Assembly (NCBI GenBank): GCA_017409005.1
Contig: JAFQTP010000002.1
Span: forward strand, 34,943-98,942
Source of the DNA: Clostridia bacterium
GTDB taxonomy: Bacteria; Bacillota; Clostridia; Christensenellales; UBA1242
DNA: 64,000 nt
Direction of reading: 5' to 3'
The stretch's first letter is position 1, and every line of letters starts with the position of its first letter. The notes beneath the pieces were generated by a model. It made no database searches, was not told the DNA's origin, and saw nothing but the letters and a program-made list of their open reading frames with translations. Below are positions 1 to 9,023 of this stretch, piece by piece. Both the position numbers and the translations under genes were made by a program.

Positions 1-202
1 TAAAATTTTTATAAGCGTTAACAACATTTAGCCGTTCGTTTTCAATTTGTGCCAAATTAGGGGTATCTTGCCCAGCGTAGTCAATTTTTGCACTTTCAAG
101 TGTAAATGTTTTACCCCTAACTTTAATAAATGCACAACCACCAAACAACACCGCACTACTAATAAGCATACAAACCGCCCAAGTAAACAAAACCTTTTTC
201 AT
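1..202 (-). CDS. Putative lipoprotein, 5' part only (runs off the window edge)
   Basis: ATG at 202-200 sits behind a GGAGGAAGG Shine-Dalgarno at about 205-213. It translates MKKVLFTWAVCMLISSAVLFGGCAF, a signal peptide with an LFGGC lipobox-like motif. The frame stays open to position 1. This ORF is not in the supplied track. Confidence 0.5.
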   Translation of the reverse strand, partial: MKKVLFTWAVCMLISSAVLFGGCAFIKVRGKTFTLESAKIDYAGQDTPNLAQIENERLNVVNAYKNF

Positions 203-320
203 TCCTTCCTCCGTTAAATTTACTATAACCCCTAAATTAAAACATTAAAAGAAATATAGTTTTATGTTGTTTAAGTTTGTTTTGTTTATTACAATCTAAC
301 CCAAGTTTAGGCACTTTTCG

Positions 321-1691
321 CTAAATTTTGCCCTGCAATTTTAACGACAAAGTAAATGTTACATAATTCAAATAATCGTCTTTATTTTCAAGCGTATTTA
401 AAAATTGTTTCCATTCAGAATTATGAAATTTATTAAAATAATCGTAAATCTCAAACACATCGGCATTGTTAGCTTTAGCGGTGTTAATAAGTTTAGAAAT
501 GCTGTTTTCGGCGGTTTGATACAGTTTTGTTTTAACCACACCTTCAACATAGTTTTTTGTTGTTGTTAAGGCTTTTATGTTAGATGTTTTTTGTGTTGCC
601 TCTTCTAGTTTTAAAACCAAATCAATATCAAAATCAAACACAGGCTTTCCGTTAACAAACTTGCCGCTGTAACTAGTTTTTTTGTTAAATATTTCAAATG
701 TTAAATTTGCATTAGAAAACTCTGGCGTGTTAACATTTTTTATTTGAATGTGCCCACGTTTAGTATCTAAACTAAGCAAATTTAAACCATTCATTTCGTC
801 GCCAATAATGGTGGCAACAATTTTACCATTTTTAACAATAACACCTTTACCTTCGTTTTTAATTATTTTTTCAGGCGACCCATTGCCACTACCACTTTCT
901 TCCGCTTTTTGTGGCGTGCTAGTGCTGTTGTTTTTCGCCGAGTTATTTGCTCCACTTTTTAAACTTTTACTAGAACCCGAACTTTGGCTAGAGCCACTAT
1001 CACTTTGAACACTTTTATCAGCATTTGTATTTAAAGCTGTTTGTGCCACACCGCCATCAACATCAGGGTTGGATTTTCCACTATCGCCAACAGTAATTAG
1101 TGGTAACATAGATGTTTTAGATGGTGAAAATGTGTTTAAGTAAAATTCATCAATATTAGAAGCTTTAGATAAAGCATATTCAGTGTTTAAAAGCAAAATT
1201 TCACTAACCGAAACAGCCCTCAAACCTTTTTGCGAGGCTGCGGTTTCAACAACCTCTTTTGCTGTGTTTTGTGCAACCATTATTGCTGCATTAGATGTTA
1301 AATTGTTTGTTCTAATAAAAAAATCTAAATACTCTAAAACATTTTCTTCAAACAAGTTTTTATTTAAAATAATCGAATCGCAATGTGCTAGCCCCGGAAA
1401 CTTGCCTAGCACAAGTGTTATGTTTGCAAAAGCAGTGCTTACGTTTGTGCCGGTTGCACTAACTGTTTTTACCGTGCCATCGGTTCCGCCACCACCTCCT
1501 GCCTGCCCACTATTAGGAACAATTGTATTAACCGAAACTTCAATGCCTTGTTCGGTTTTATCAATACCAACACTAGTAACAACTGCCATCCTGTCGCTTT
1601 CGGCAGGCTTACTAATAGAAAATGGAGTTAGCAAAATTGCCACACATAAAAAGGTTACAACCAACCTATGCCTTTTAATAAATTTAAGCAT
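321..1691 (-). CDS. Ger(x)C-family spore germination protein (C subunit of a GerA-type germinant receptor)
   Basis: It is the last gene of an A-B-C tricistron and overlaps the B subunit gene. The N-terminal hydrophobic segment is followed by AVVTSVGIDK, which resembles the GerxC N-terminal motif. The C-terminal half is GerxC-like. The centre carries a long Ser/Gly/Asn-rich insert. Confidence 0.7.
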   Translation of the reverse strand: MLKFIKRHRLVVTFLCVAILLTPFSISKPAESDRMAVVTSVGIDKTEQGIEVSVNTIVPNSGQAGGGGGTDGTVKTVSATGTNVSTAFANITLVLGKFPGLAHCDSIILNKNLFEENVLEYLDFFIRTNNLTSNAAIMVAQNTAKEVVETAASQKGLRAVSVSEILLLNTEYALSKASNIDEFYLNTFSPSKTSMLPLITVGDSGKSNPDVDGGVAQTALNTNADKSVQSDSGSSQSSGSSKSLKSGANNSAKNNSTSTPQKAEESGSGNGSPEKIIKNEGKGVIVKNGKIVATIIGDEMNGLNLLSLDTKRGHIQIKNVNTPEFSNANLTFEIFNKKTSYSGKFVNGKPVFDFDIDLVLKLEEATQKTSNIKALTTTKNYVEGVVKTKLYQTAENSISKLINTAKANNADVFEIYDYFNKFHNSEWKQFLNTLENKDDYLNYVTFTLSLKLQGKI

Positions 1692-2922
1692 TTTGCACCT
1701 CTTTGTTTATTTTACTAGGCTTTTTGTTTTTAACTTGTTTTATTTTTTTGTTTGAAAAAACTGTTTTACAATTTGACGGAACAATATTTGTTAATTGATA
1801 TTTTACTACACTTTGATTATAAACTTGCCTTAATGTAACTTTGTTTTTACCCCTTAATTTTAATGTGGCAATCACACTTAAAATAGGTAGCATAACCTGA
1901 AACGCAATTACACTAATTGAAAACCATAAACTTGTAACAATTTCAATTGCCCTAATTAGGTTTAAATATAAATAAACTATTGAAATAAATAATAACACAC
2001 AAATTAAAACAGTTGGAATATAGCGGTTTTTAAAGTTAAAAGCCTCAGTTAAAGTTTTGCTTGCACTTAAAAACATTAACCCAACTTCTAAAAACAAAAT
2101 TATTAACCAAATAATAATGTTAATCCAGTTAATTGTGCCTGTTTCGGTTATTATGCTTGTGTATAATAATAGGTCGCTAAGAGCAAGTGAATGATTAATA
2201 CCAACATCGCCAAACACACTAGCAAAAACAATATAAAACAAAATTACAAGTGTGTAAGTAATTACAACACAAGTTAAAACTTTTTTGGGTGCATCAGGTG
2301 TAAATTTTATTTTTCCCATAAGCACAAACAAAATTAAATAGTCACCAAAAATAAACGAACACCTTAACACTGCATTAAACGTGTTTTTAACACCATATTC
2401 AAACACAGGCAAAATGTTTGAAAAATCAGCTTCCGATGCTGGCACCAAAATGGTAAACAACAACGCAAGCGCAATTAGAGGCATAAAAAACTGAACCGTT
2501 CGGCCGAAAGTTCTAAAATCTTTAAGCATCATGAAGGCAATAAGTGCAAAAAGCGGAATAACAAACATTAACCATTCAATGTTTTCAAAAAGGGTTTCGT
2601 TAAAGTAATTATGAATTTCTTTAACAACTAACACCCCTCTAAAAAAGAAATATAAAAATAAACAAACCAACAGCACACTTGCAACCACTTTTCCAAACGC
2701 ACGTTTAATAAGTTCAAAAAATGTTAGGTGTGGGTTTTGTTTTAACACCCAAAGCATTATAAGCACAAAACTAAAATCAAGCATCAACCCAATAAGCACG
2801 GAAAAATAAACATCTTTACCAGCATAGTTTGCAAACACCGATGGAAAAGCTAAAAATTTTAAACTAATTGTTGTTAAGCAAAGTAGCAACCCACACTGAA
2901 TGCCTGTAATTTTTTTAGTCAT
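1684..2922 (-). CDS. GerAB-type spore germination permease (APC-superfamily, about 10 TM)
   Basis: The 412 aa product is polytopic and hydrophobic. The gene sits between the A and C subunit genes with overlapping stop and start codons, the canonical gerA operon order. Confidence 0.75.
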   Translation of the reverse strand: MTKKITGIQCGLLLCLTTISLKFLAFPSVFANYAGKDVYFSVLIGLMLDFSFVLIMLWVLKQNPHLTFFELIKRAFGKVVASVLLVCLFLYFFFRGVLVVKEIHNYFNETLFENIEWLMFVIPLFALIAFMMLKDFRTFGRTVQFFMPLIALALLFTILVPASEADFSNILPVFEYGVKNTFNAVLRCSFIFGDYLILFVLMGKIKFTPDAPKKVLTCVVITYTLVILFYIVFASVFGDVGINHSLALSDLLLYTSIITETGTINWINIIIWLIILFLEVGLMFLSASKTLTEAFNFKNRYIPTVLICVLLFISIVYLYLNLIRAIEIVTSLWFSISVIAFQVMLPILSVIATLKLRGKNKVTLRQVYNQSVVKYQLTNIVPSNCKTVFSNKKIKQVKNKKPSKINKEVQNA

Positions 2923-4364
2923 TACCTAAGCCTCCTAAAATTTTTGTTGTTAAATGTTTTGGGTCTAAACTCCATTTTAGGTAACGATTGTTTTATAAAA
3001 CTATCTTTAAAATCGGTTTTAACATATGGCGAAAGCGGACTTAAATATGGTGCTTTATAATTATCAAAATCGTTTAAATACATAACAAAAAATATGCTTA
3101 AAACAATTAACCCATAAAACCCCAGTGTTGACCCCGCAAGTGTAAACAAAAACCTAAGCAAACTTAGTTGCTGAGCTTGGTCGGGAATAGTGTAAAGGGT
3201 TATGCCACTAAGTGCCACAATCATAACCGCCGGTGGCGAAATAATACCTGCTTTAACGGCAGTATCTCCCAAAATTAATGCTCCAACTACTGATAATGCA
3301 ATTCCTAAATATTCTGGCATTCTTAGGCTTGCCTCGTACAAAATTTCAAATAGAACCAAAACAAACAAAATTTCGGTTACTGGCGTTAATGGCAACCCTT
3401 GTGTTGAGTTAACCATGGTTATTAAAAATTTTAGTGGAATGGCTTTATAATGAAACATTTGCATTGCAATATATAGCCCCGGCAAAAGCATTGTTATTAA
3501 GCAACTAACCACCCTTAAAACCCTTACAAATGTTGCATGCGCACTAATATTATAATAATCGTCGGCGGCTTGAAAATCTTCAAGCAAAACAAACGGCAAC
3601 GTTATTACAAGTGGCGAACCATCTACTAAAACCACAATTTTACCCTCTAGCATTTTTGCACAGGCAATATCTGGTTTTTCGGTTGTGCCAAGTTGTTTAA
3701 ACATGCTTTGTTGGCGCGGTTTTAAAAACTCTAAAACATAATAACTATCAATAACGCCATCTATATTAATTTTTTGTAGTTTATTAACAATTTGTTTAAC
3801 AATGGTTTTATCGGCAACATTACCTAAATACATAACACACACTTGTGTGGTTGTAATTTTTCCAATAGTTAGCATTTCGGTTTTTAATTGATTGGTTGAA
3901 AAAATTTTTCTAATAACGGCAATGTTTGTTTTTAAATTTTCGTTAAAACCTTCACGAGGTCCTTTTAAAACTGCACTTGTTGGCGGCTCGGTTAAACTGC
4001 GTTCTTTAGGGCTATCTAGTTCAAGCAAATATGCCATGCTGTGCCCATTAAATAGTAACACTGCTTTACCTTTTGTTATTTGTGTAACCAATTCAGACAA
4101 ATTTGTTTGTTCGGTTATTTCCGGAAAATTAATTATGTTGTTAACAACATATAAATATGGGTTTTGCTTGGGCAAATTTTTTGCTTCCTGCATTGGTCTA
4201 GTAACAAAATCGGATAAACTTACAACGTCGGCCATGCCCTTTAAATAAACTAAAGCACAACTTAAAAAATCACACTTAAATTGCTTTATAATAACATCTG
4301 AACTACCACCAAAACTTTGTTTTATTTTGTTTAAATTGGCAGTTAAATTTTTTGTTAATTCCAT
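2922..4364 (-). CDS. GerAA-type spore germination protein (A subunit)
   Basis: The 480 aa product has a soluble N-terminal domain followed by a C-terminal cluster of TM helices (PPAVMIVALSGI...), typical of the GerA/SpoVAF family. It is the first gene of the tricistron. Confidence 0.75.
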   Translation of the reverse strand: MELTKNLTANLNKIKQSFGGSSDVIIKQFKCDFLSCALVYLKGMADVVSLSDFVTRPMQEAKNLPKQNPYLYVVNNIINFPEITEQTNLSELVTQITKGKAVLLFNGHSMAYLLELDSPKERSLTEPPTSAVLKGPREGFNENLKTNIAVIRKIFSTNQLKTEMLTIGKITTTQVCVMYLGNVADKTIVKQIVNKLQKINIDGVIDSYYVLEFLKPRQQSMFKQLGTTEKPDIACAKMLEGKIVVLVDGSPLVITLPFVLLEDFQAADDYYNISAHATFVRVLRVVSCLITMLLPGLYIAMQMFHYKAIPLKFLITMVNSTQGLPLTPVTEILFVLVLFEILYEASLRMPEYLGIALSVVGALILGDTAVKAGIISPPAVMIVALSGITLYTIPDQAQQLSLLRFLFTLAGSTLGFYGLIVLSIFFVMYLNDFDNYKAPYLSPLSPYVKTDFKDSFIKQSLPKMEFRPKTFNNKNFRRLR

Positions 4365-4433
4365 AATTTTACCTTAAACATATTTTTTTATATTTTGTGG
4401 TAAAATTTAACTTTTATGCGTTTTTTAAGTGCA

Positions 4434-4470
4434 ATAAAAAAGCCCTTAAACTTAAACTTTTAAGGGCTTA
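4434..4470 (-). terminator. Rho-independent terminator after the transglutaminase-like gene
   Basis: Arms AGCCCTTA (4441-4448) and TAAGGGCT (4461-4468) pair. On the minus strand the stem is followed by a T-run (plus-strand A-run at 4436-4440). Confidence 0.7.
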
Positions 4471-4487
4471 TTATTTTATTAATTATT

Positions 4488-6605
4488 TTATGCATTTTTA
4501 ATTGCTTCTGGCAGGTTAATTAAAGTTAAACTATAGGTTGTGCCAGTTAAATTTGCACTAATTTTTTTGTGCATATAACCAATTGTTAAAATGTTTGAAT
4601 TGCTAATTTCGCATGCGGCTTTAACATTTAAGCAAGCTGCAGTTAAATCGGCATCGTGCGTTGAATTAAAAATTGATGGCGAACAAATATAGTTATCATC
4701 AAAAGCAATTTCAAATGTGTAAAGTTTGTTGGTTAACATATAGTTAATTAAACTTTCAAATTCGGCATCGGAACTAATAATTAAATTGTTTGTGCCGTCG
4801 TAGGTTTGGTTATAGTAATAGTAATATTCGTTTAATGCTGCTAACGAGTTATTTAATTTAGTGTTAGAAGCAAAGTGTGTATCTTTAACAAAATTATCTG
4901 ACACTAAAAAATATTTATAACTTAAAAACTCGGTGTTGTTAAAATTAACTGCTTCGCCACCAGTTGTAAAATCGTTTTCGCTGGTTGAAGAAACTGTCCA
5001 AGTAATATCTACAACATACCAGTTTCCATCAATTTTAACTTTGTTCCAAGCATGAAGGCCACCACTAACTTCACCAGTAATACGATAAGCATCAATGCCC
5101 TCCATGTTGCAAAGAAGTGCAAATGCTTTACTAAAACCATCACAAACAGCCAAACCATCGTTAAACACGCCTTCTAAATAAAAACATGTGTAGCTTGCAA
5201 AACTTGGGGTTTCGTCATTATAATCTACAATTTCATCGTCGTACACAGTGTTATAACAAATATAATCGAAAATGCTTAAAACCTTTTCGTAGGTTGTCAT
5301 GTCGTCGCAAACAATTTCACGTAAAACTTGTTTTGCTTTGTTGTAAATGGTGTAAGCCGAATTATTTGTTGTTGTTTTAAATAGCGGTGTTGCCCCACTT
5401 TCAACCACATGATATAGTTGTTCGGCAGTTGAAACATATTCAACTAATGGTTGTTTATCGCTTGCAAAATCGTTAAAATCGGAACTACGTTTTTCGTAAG
5501 ATACACGCTCATAATAAGGGGTGTCAAACTTGTTTTGAGTTCTAAGTTTTTCCATGGAATTTGTTGGCTCAAAACCACTATTATATTTAAACTTAATTTT
5601 AAAATCTTTTTTATAATAATCGTCTTCAGTAACATCGCCTAAGCTTGTGTCGTAATCACAACTTTCGGTGTAACTATTGCATGCTGCACTAATTGCTTTA
5701 ATTAAGTGGTTGAATTGCCTAATTTTATATGTGCCAGAAACATAATCGTAATATTGTGCTTCTGGACCATAAGTGTTAACAATTTCATTCATGTAATCGT
5801 TTGAAAAATATACTGGAAGTTCTTCAATTTTATAAACAAAAGCATAATAAACAATAGTGTTAAGTTCTTCCTGACTTGTAATATAGTGGTCGCCCAAAAC
5901 GCCATCAAGATAAAAATATTTATTGTTGTATGTTGGTTGAAGGGTGCAAGTGTTGTGGTAAATTGGAAGCGACATCAAAATAACATCTTCTTCATTTTTT
6001 ACACCAACTCTAAACATAACAACTTGGTCTTCTGAAACATATTCGGTAAAATCGAAAGCATTAACTTTTGTTTCAATAATGCGTTCGCCTAGTGTGTTAG
6101 AATACATAAACACATAATATTGTTGCGCACCCACAACTTGGTCCCAGCTTAAAATGTTGCTGCCAATGGTTAGGTTTGTAACAATGTTTAAATTGTTGTT
6201 GCTAACAACTGCACTTGAAACAACGCTTGTTTCGTTGGTGCTGTTTAAATATGTTACAACATTACTTTTTGCACTATCGTTATAGCCTTCCGATGTTGCA
6301 ACAATGTAAAACTTATAAACACTAATATTTTCTTTTAAAAGCGAACTAAAGTTATAGGTGTTTACTCCTGCCTTGTTAACAACTATGGCAGCCAACTGCT
6401 CGTTCGAATAAACCAAATATTCTTCAGCATTTGTAACTGCTTGCCAACTAAGTGTTGTTTGGTCGGAGTTAAGTAAAACCGTAACAGCCTCAAGGTCGGG
6501 TTTAAACCAAGCCCCCCAACCATCGGCACAGCCTGTTAATGCAAAGGAGGCAAAAAACACTAAAATTGCACTTAAAAAAGTATTTAATTTTTTCTTAAAC
6601 TTCAT
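4488..6605 (-). CDS. Lipoprotein with two FN3-like modules and a C-terminal transglutaminase-like (Cys-His-Asp) core
   Basis: Strong RBS (AAGGAGG) and a signal peptide with an LTGC lipobox. Motifs LSWQAVTNAEEYLVY and LSWDQVVGAQQYYVF match the repeat motif of the giant protein. The core VCDGFSKAF...GGLHAWNKV...WYVVDITW fits the transglutaminase-like Cys/His/Asp arrangement. Confidence 0.75.
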   Translation of the reverse strand: MKFKKKLNTFLSAILVFFASFALTGCADGWGAWFKPDLEAVTVLLNSDQTTLSWQAVTNAEEYLVYSNEQLAAIVVNKAGVNTYNFSSLLKENISVYKFYIVATSEGYNDSAKSNVVTYLNSTNETSVVSSAVVSNNNLNIVTNLTIGSNILSWDQVVGAQQYYVFMYSNTLGERIIETKVNAFDFTEYVSEDQVVMFRVGVKNEEDVILMSLPIYHNTCTLQPTYNNKYFYLDGVLGDHYITSQEELNTIVYYAFVYKIEELPVYFSNDYMNEIVNTYGPEAQYYDYVSGTYKIRQFNHLIKAISAACNSYTESCDYDTSLGDVTEDDYYKKDFKIKFKYNSGFEPTNSMEKLRTQNKFDTPYYERVSYEKRSSDFNDFASDKQPLVEYVSTAEQLYHVVESGATPLFKTTTNNSAYTIYNKAKQVLREIVCDDMTTYEKVLSIFDYICYNTVYDDEIVDYNDETPSFASYTCFYLEGVFNDGLAVCDGFSKAFALLCNMEGIDAYRITGEVSGGLHAWNKVKIDGNWYVVDITWTVSSTSENDFTTGGEAVNFNNTEFLSYKYFLVSDNFVKDTHFASNTKLNNSLAALNEYYYYYNQTYDGTNNLIISSDAEFESLINYMLTNKLYTFEIAFDDNYICSPSIFNSTHDADLTAACLNVKAACEISNSNILTIGYMHKKISANLTGTTYSLTLINLPEAIKNA

Positions 6606-6673
6606 TTCTACCTCCTTAAATATTTAAACAAACAAAACTTTAATTTTATTGTGTGAATTAATTGTTTTTTTAT

Positions 6674-8029
6674 TTAGTTTTTATCTGCGTTAACATCTTT
6701 ATTGTTTTCTTTTTTCTTTGCATTTAACTTTTCTAGTTGCTCACGCTTTAATTCGTCGTTGGTTTTTGCCCTATTTTGATTTAATGTTCGGCTTAAATCG
6801 GCAAGTTTGCGTTTATCCTTTTTCTTGTGTGTTACAACAAACACAATTAAAACGCAAAGTAAAATTGAAACTGCAATAAATAAAATTATCCACCAAACAT
6901 TAACCGTTGTATCTGGCCTAGTTTCAGGCACTTCAACATCTGGAAAGTTTGCAGGGTCGGTCATATATAAAACCCAATCTTGCGGAGCTTTTGCCCAAAT
7001 TTCGCGGTTCTTTAAAATGTTTGGTATAGATTCTAGCGCTTCAATTTGCACTTTTAAAACCGCATCGTTTCCGCCAACCAACTCGGTTATGTAAACCTCG
7101 CTAAACCTCAACCAGTCAATAACAGTAACTTCTTGGTTAGGAAGCAATATTAAACGACAATAATAGTATCCGTCGTCTTCGGTTACAACCGGCGTTGGGT
7201 CGTTTTCGCTGGTAGGATATTTATCTTCTATTTCCTTATTGTACCTTTGCCAAATTTCGCTATCTGGTTCAATGTAAATAAAGTCGTCGTAAGAAATACC
7301 ATCTATAATTAACGTTATTTTAAACCTAACATAAATACTGGTCCAATCTTGTTCGTCGGTGTCGCCCATAATGTTGTTACTGTTGCGTGCAACAATGTTT
7401 AGTTTAAACTTATCGCCAGGGCTAACAGTTTTAGGAATTAAATCGCCCGAAACTTCGGTATCGTAAAAAATATCTTTATTTGTCATGCTAACACTTACTC
7501 GAATATAATCTTCGTCGTAAGAGGTTACTTTTTGCAAATATAAATAAACACCCAAACTTAAAACAACAACAAGCATTAAAAATAAAACAACTGTTAAAAC
7601 AACATTAACAGCCTCTTGCTTAATCATTGCTTTATCGCGAGTTTGCTGACGGCTGTAACGGAAAACGTCGTCCATTAACTGCTCGTTTTTCTTGGCAATT
7701 CGGTCCGACCTAGAAATTAAGTTACCATCTTTATCACGATGCCCAACTTCTTCTTTTTCGTTGTTTTGCGAATCTTTAACATCTTTGTTAATTTTTTCTA
7801 AATCGTGCTCATCTTCAGCCATAAGGTCTTTCATGATTTGCTCGATTTTTATTTTATTAATTTTACCAGGTGGTGTAACGTTATTTTTATTTTTTTGTTT
7901 GCCAATTTCGTCAGTTTCGGCAAACTGAACTTCTATTTTTTTAGAACTATCTGAATTTTTGGCAGACGAAGATTGTGCCGAACTTTCGGCACTAGGACTA
8001 ACCTTTTTCTCCTCTTTATCTTCTGCCAT
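6674..8029 (-). CDS. Two-TM membrane protein with a TasA-paralogue-like ectodomain and charged cytoplasmic N- and C-terminal tails
   Basis: An N-terminal region of about 140 aa rich in Lys/Glu/Ser precedes the first TM (VVLTVVLFLMLVVVLSLGVYLYL). The ectodomain of about 210 aa carries SPGDKFKLNIVARN...YVRFKITL...GYYYCRLILLP, the same pattern as the neighbouring paralogues. A second TM (VWWIILFIAVSILLCVLIVFVV) and a basic tail follow. Confidence 0.6.
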   Translation of the reverse strand: MAEDKEEKKVSPSAESSAQSSSAKNSDSSKKIEVQFAETDEIGKQKNKNNVTPPGKINKIKIEQIMKDLMAEDEHDLEKINKDVKDSQNNEKEEVGHRDKDGNLISRSDRIAKKNEQLMDDVFRYSRQQTRDKAMIKQEAVNVVLTVVLFLMLVVVLSLGVYLYLQKVTSYDEDYIRVSVSMTNKDIFYDTEVSGDLIPKTVSPGDKFKLNIVARNSNNIMGDTDEQDWTSIYVRFKITLIIDGISYDDFIYIEPDSEIWQRYNKEIEDKYPTSENDPTPVVTEDDGYYYCRLILLPNQEVTVIDWLRFSEVYITELVGGNDAVLKVQIEALESIPNILKNREIWAKAPQDWVLYMTDPANFPDVEVPETRPDTTVNVWWIILFIAVSILLCVLIVFVVTHKKKDKRKLADLSRTLNQNRAKTNDELKREQLEKLNAKKKENNKDVNADKN

Positions 8030-8078
8030 AAATTTATCCTTAATTTTTTTATTTGGGCAAGAATGCCCTTAATTAATT

Positions 8079-8861
8079 TTATTCGTTAGGGTCGTAGTTA
8101 CTATCTGAACCAGCAAATGCTTCTTGGAACACAGTTTCAACATTTCTAATTGTTGTAACAATATATTCTCCGGTTGGGTCTTCTTCGTTAGTAGGAATTA
8201 ACGCTTGAACAGCTTGAACTGAAAACCAGAAAGTTACCTTTGCTGTTGAATAACGATTATCAATTGATGTTGGAAGTAACAAATATTGATCAGCCTCAAA
8301 CGGATTTAAAAAACTAATTATTGGTCCGGTTTCACAATCAATTGCGGCAACAATAGAACTTTTAACATCGCCATCAACTTGGTTGGCTTTGGTTTCGGTG
8401 TAATACCACCAACCTGTTTCTGAATCGCAAATCCAAGGATAGCTTTCGCCGTTCCATTGTGCTTTTTGCCAAACTTGTTTATTTAACTCCTCGGCAAGCA
8501 GTGCAATTTCTTCGCTGGTTGCATTAGAGCCCTCAACCGAAACATTTAATTTAACACGTAAAAGTGCTGGAGTATAACTTTGTTGGAATTTTACAGCAGC
8601 AAAAGTGTTAATACGCATGCCCGGCAATAAGTATTCGTTATTAATAACAAACGGCAATTCAGCACCATCTGCCAAAATGTTTCCCTGATTATCGGCGGCA
8701 ATGTTAACAACAACTGGGTCGCCTAAAGTAATGGTTGTAACTTCACGCTCAGAACTAGCAAACCACGCAAAAGTTGCGCCTGCAACCAACGAAATGGCCA
8801 ACAGAACACTTAAAACTATTATTAAGCTTGTGTATTTGTTTAGTTCTTTAGATAATTTCAT
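8079..8861 (-). CDS. TasA/BsaA-like secreted protein with SipW-type signal peptide (paralogue 5)
   Basis: GGGAG RBS. The N-terminus ends LVAGATFAWFASSE, matching the SipW-cognate signal motif (hydrophobic-G-x-T-F/Y-A-x-F-T/S). The body has LLPGMRINT...ALLRVKLNV...GWWYYTE, a pattern shared with the other paralogues. Confidence 0.65.
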   Translation of the reverse strand: MKLSKELNKYTSLIIVLSVLLAISLVAGATFAWFASSEREVTTITLGDPVVVNIAADNQGNILADGAELPFVINNEYLLPGMRINTFAAVKFQQSYTPALLRVKLNVSVEGSNATSEEIALLAEELNKQVWQKAQWNGESYPWICDSETGWWYYTETKANQVDGDVKSSIVAAIDCETGPIISFLNPFEADQYLLLPTSIDNRYSTAKVTFWFSVQAVQALIPTNEEDPTGEYIVTTIRNVETVFQEAFAGSDSNYDPNE

Positions 8862-9023
8862 GTTTCTCCCACTAGCTAAAACTAGGCATAGTTACACATA
8901 TTACTTATAATAGTATATTAAATTTTTAAATTTTAGTAAAATGAAATTCCCTAAAATAAACTTATTTAAATAATATTAGTTTATTAGATACAAAATTTTT
9001 TGTTTAACCTGCACTTTTACTAT

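Noticed and set aside
748-1755. Plus-strand ORFs 748-1008 and 1183-1755 antisense to the gerC-like gene
   Set aside because: They lie fully inside a well-supported minus-strand gene, have low-complexity or hydrophobic translations typical of antisense frames, and lack an RBS.
8883-8905. A shared 11-mer TAGGCATAGTT upstream of genes at 8861 and 12359 (second copy at about 12437-12447)
   Set aside because: An 11-nt match is expected by chance many times in a 64-kb self-comparison. The copy near 12437 is explained as one arm of the terminator hairpin after sipW.
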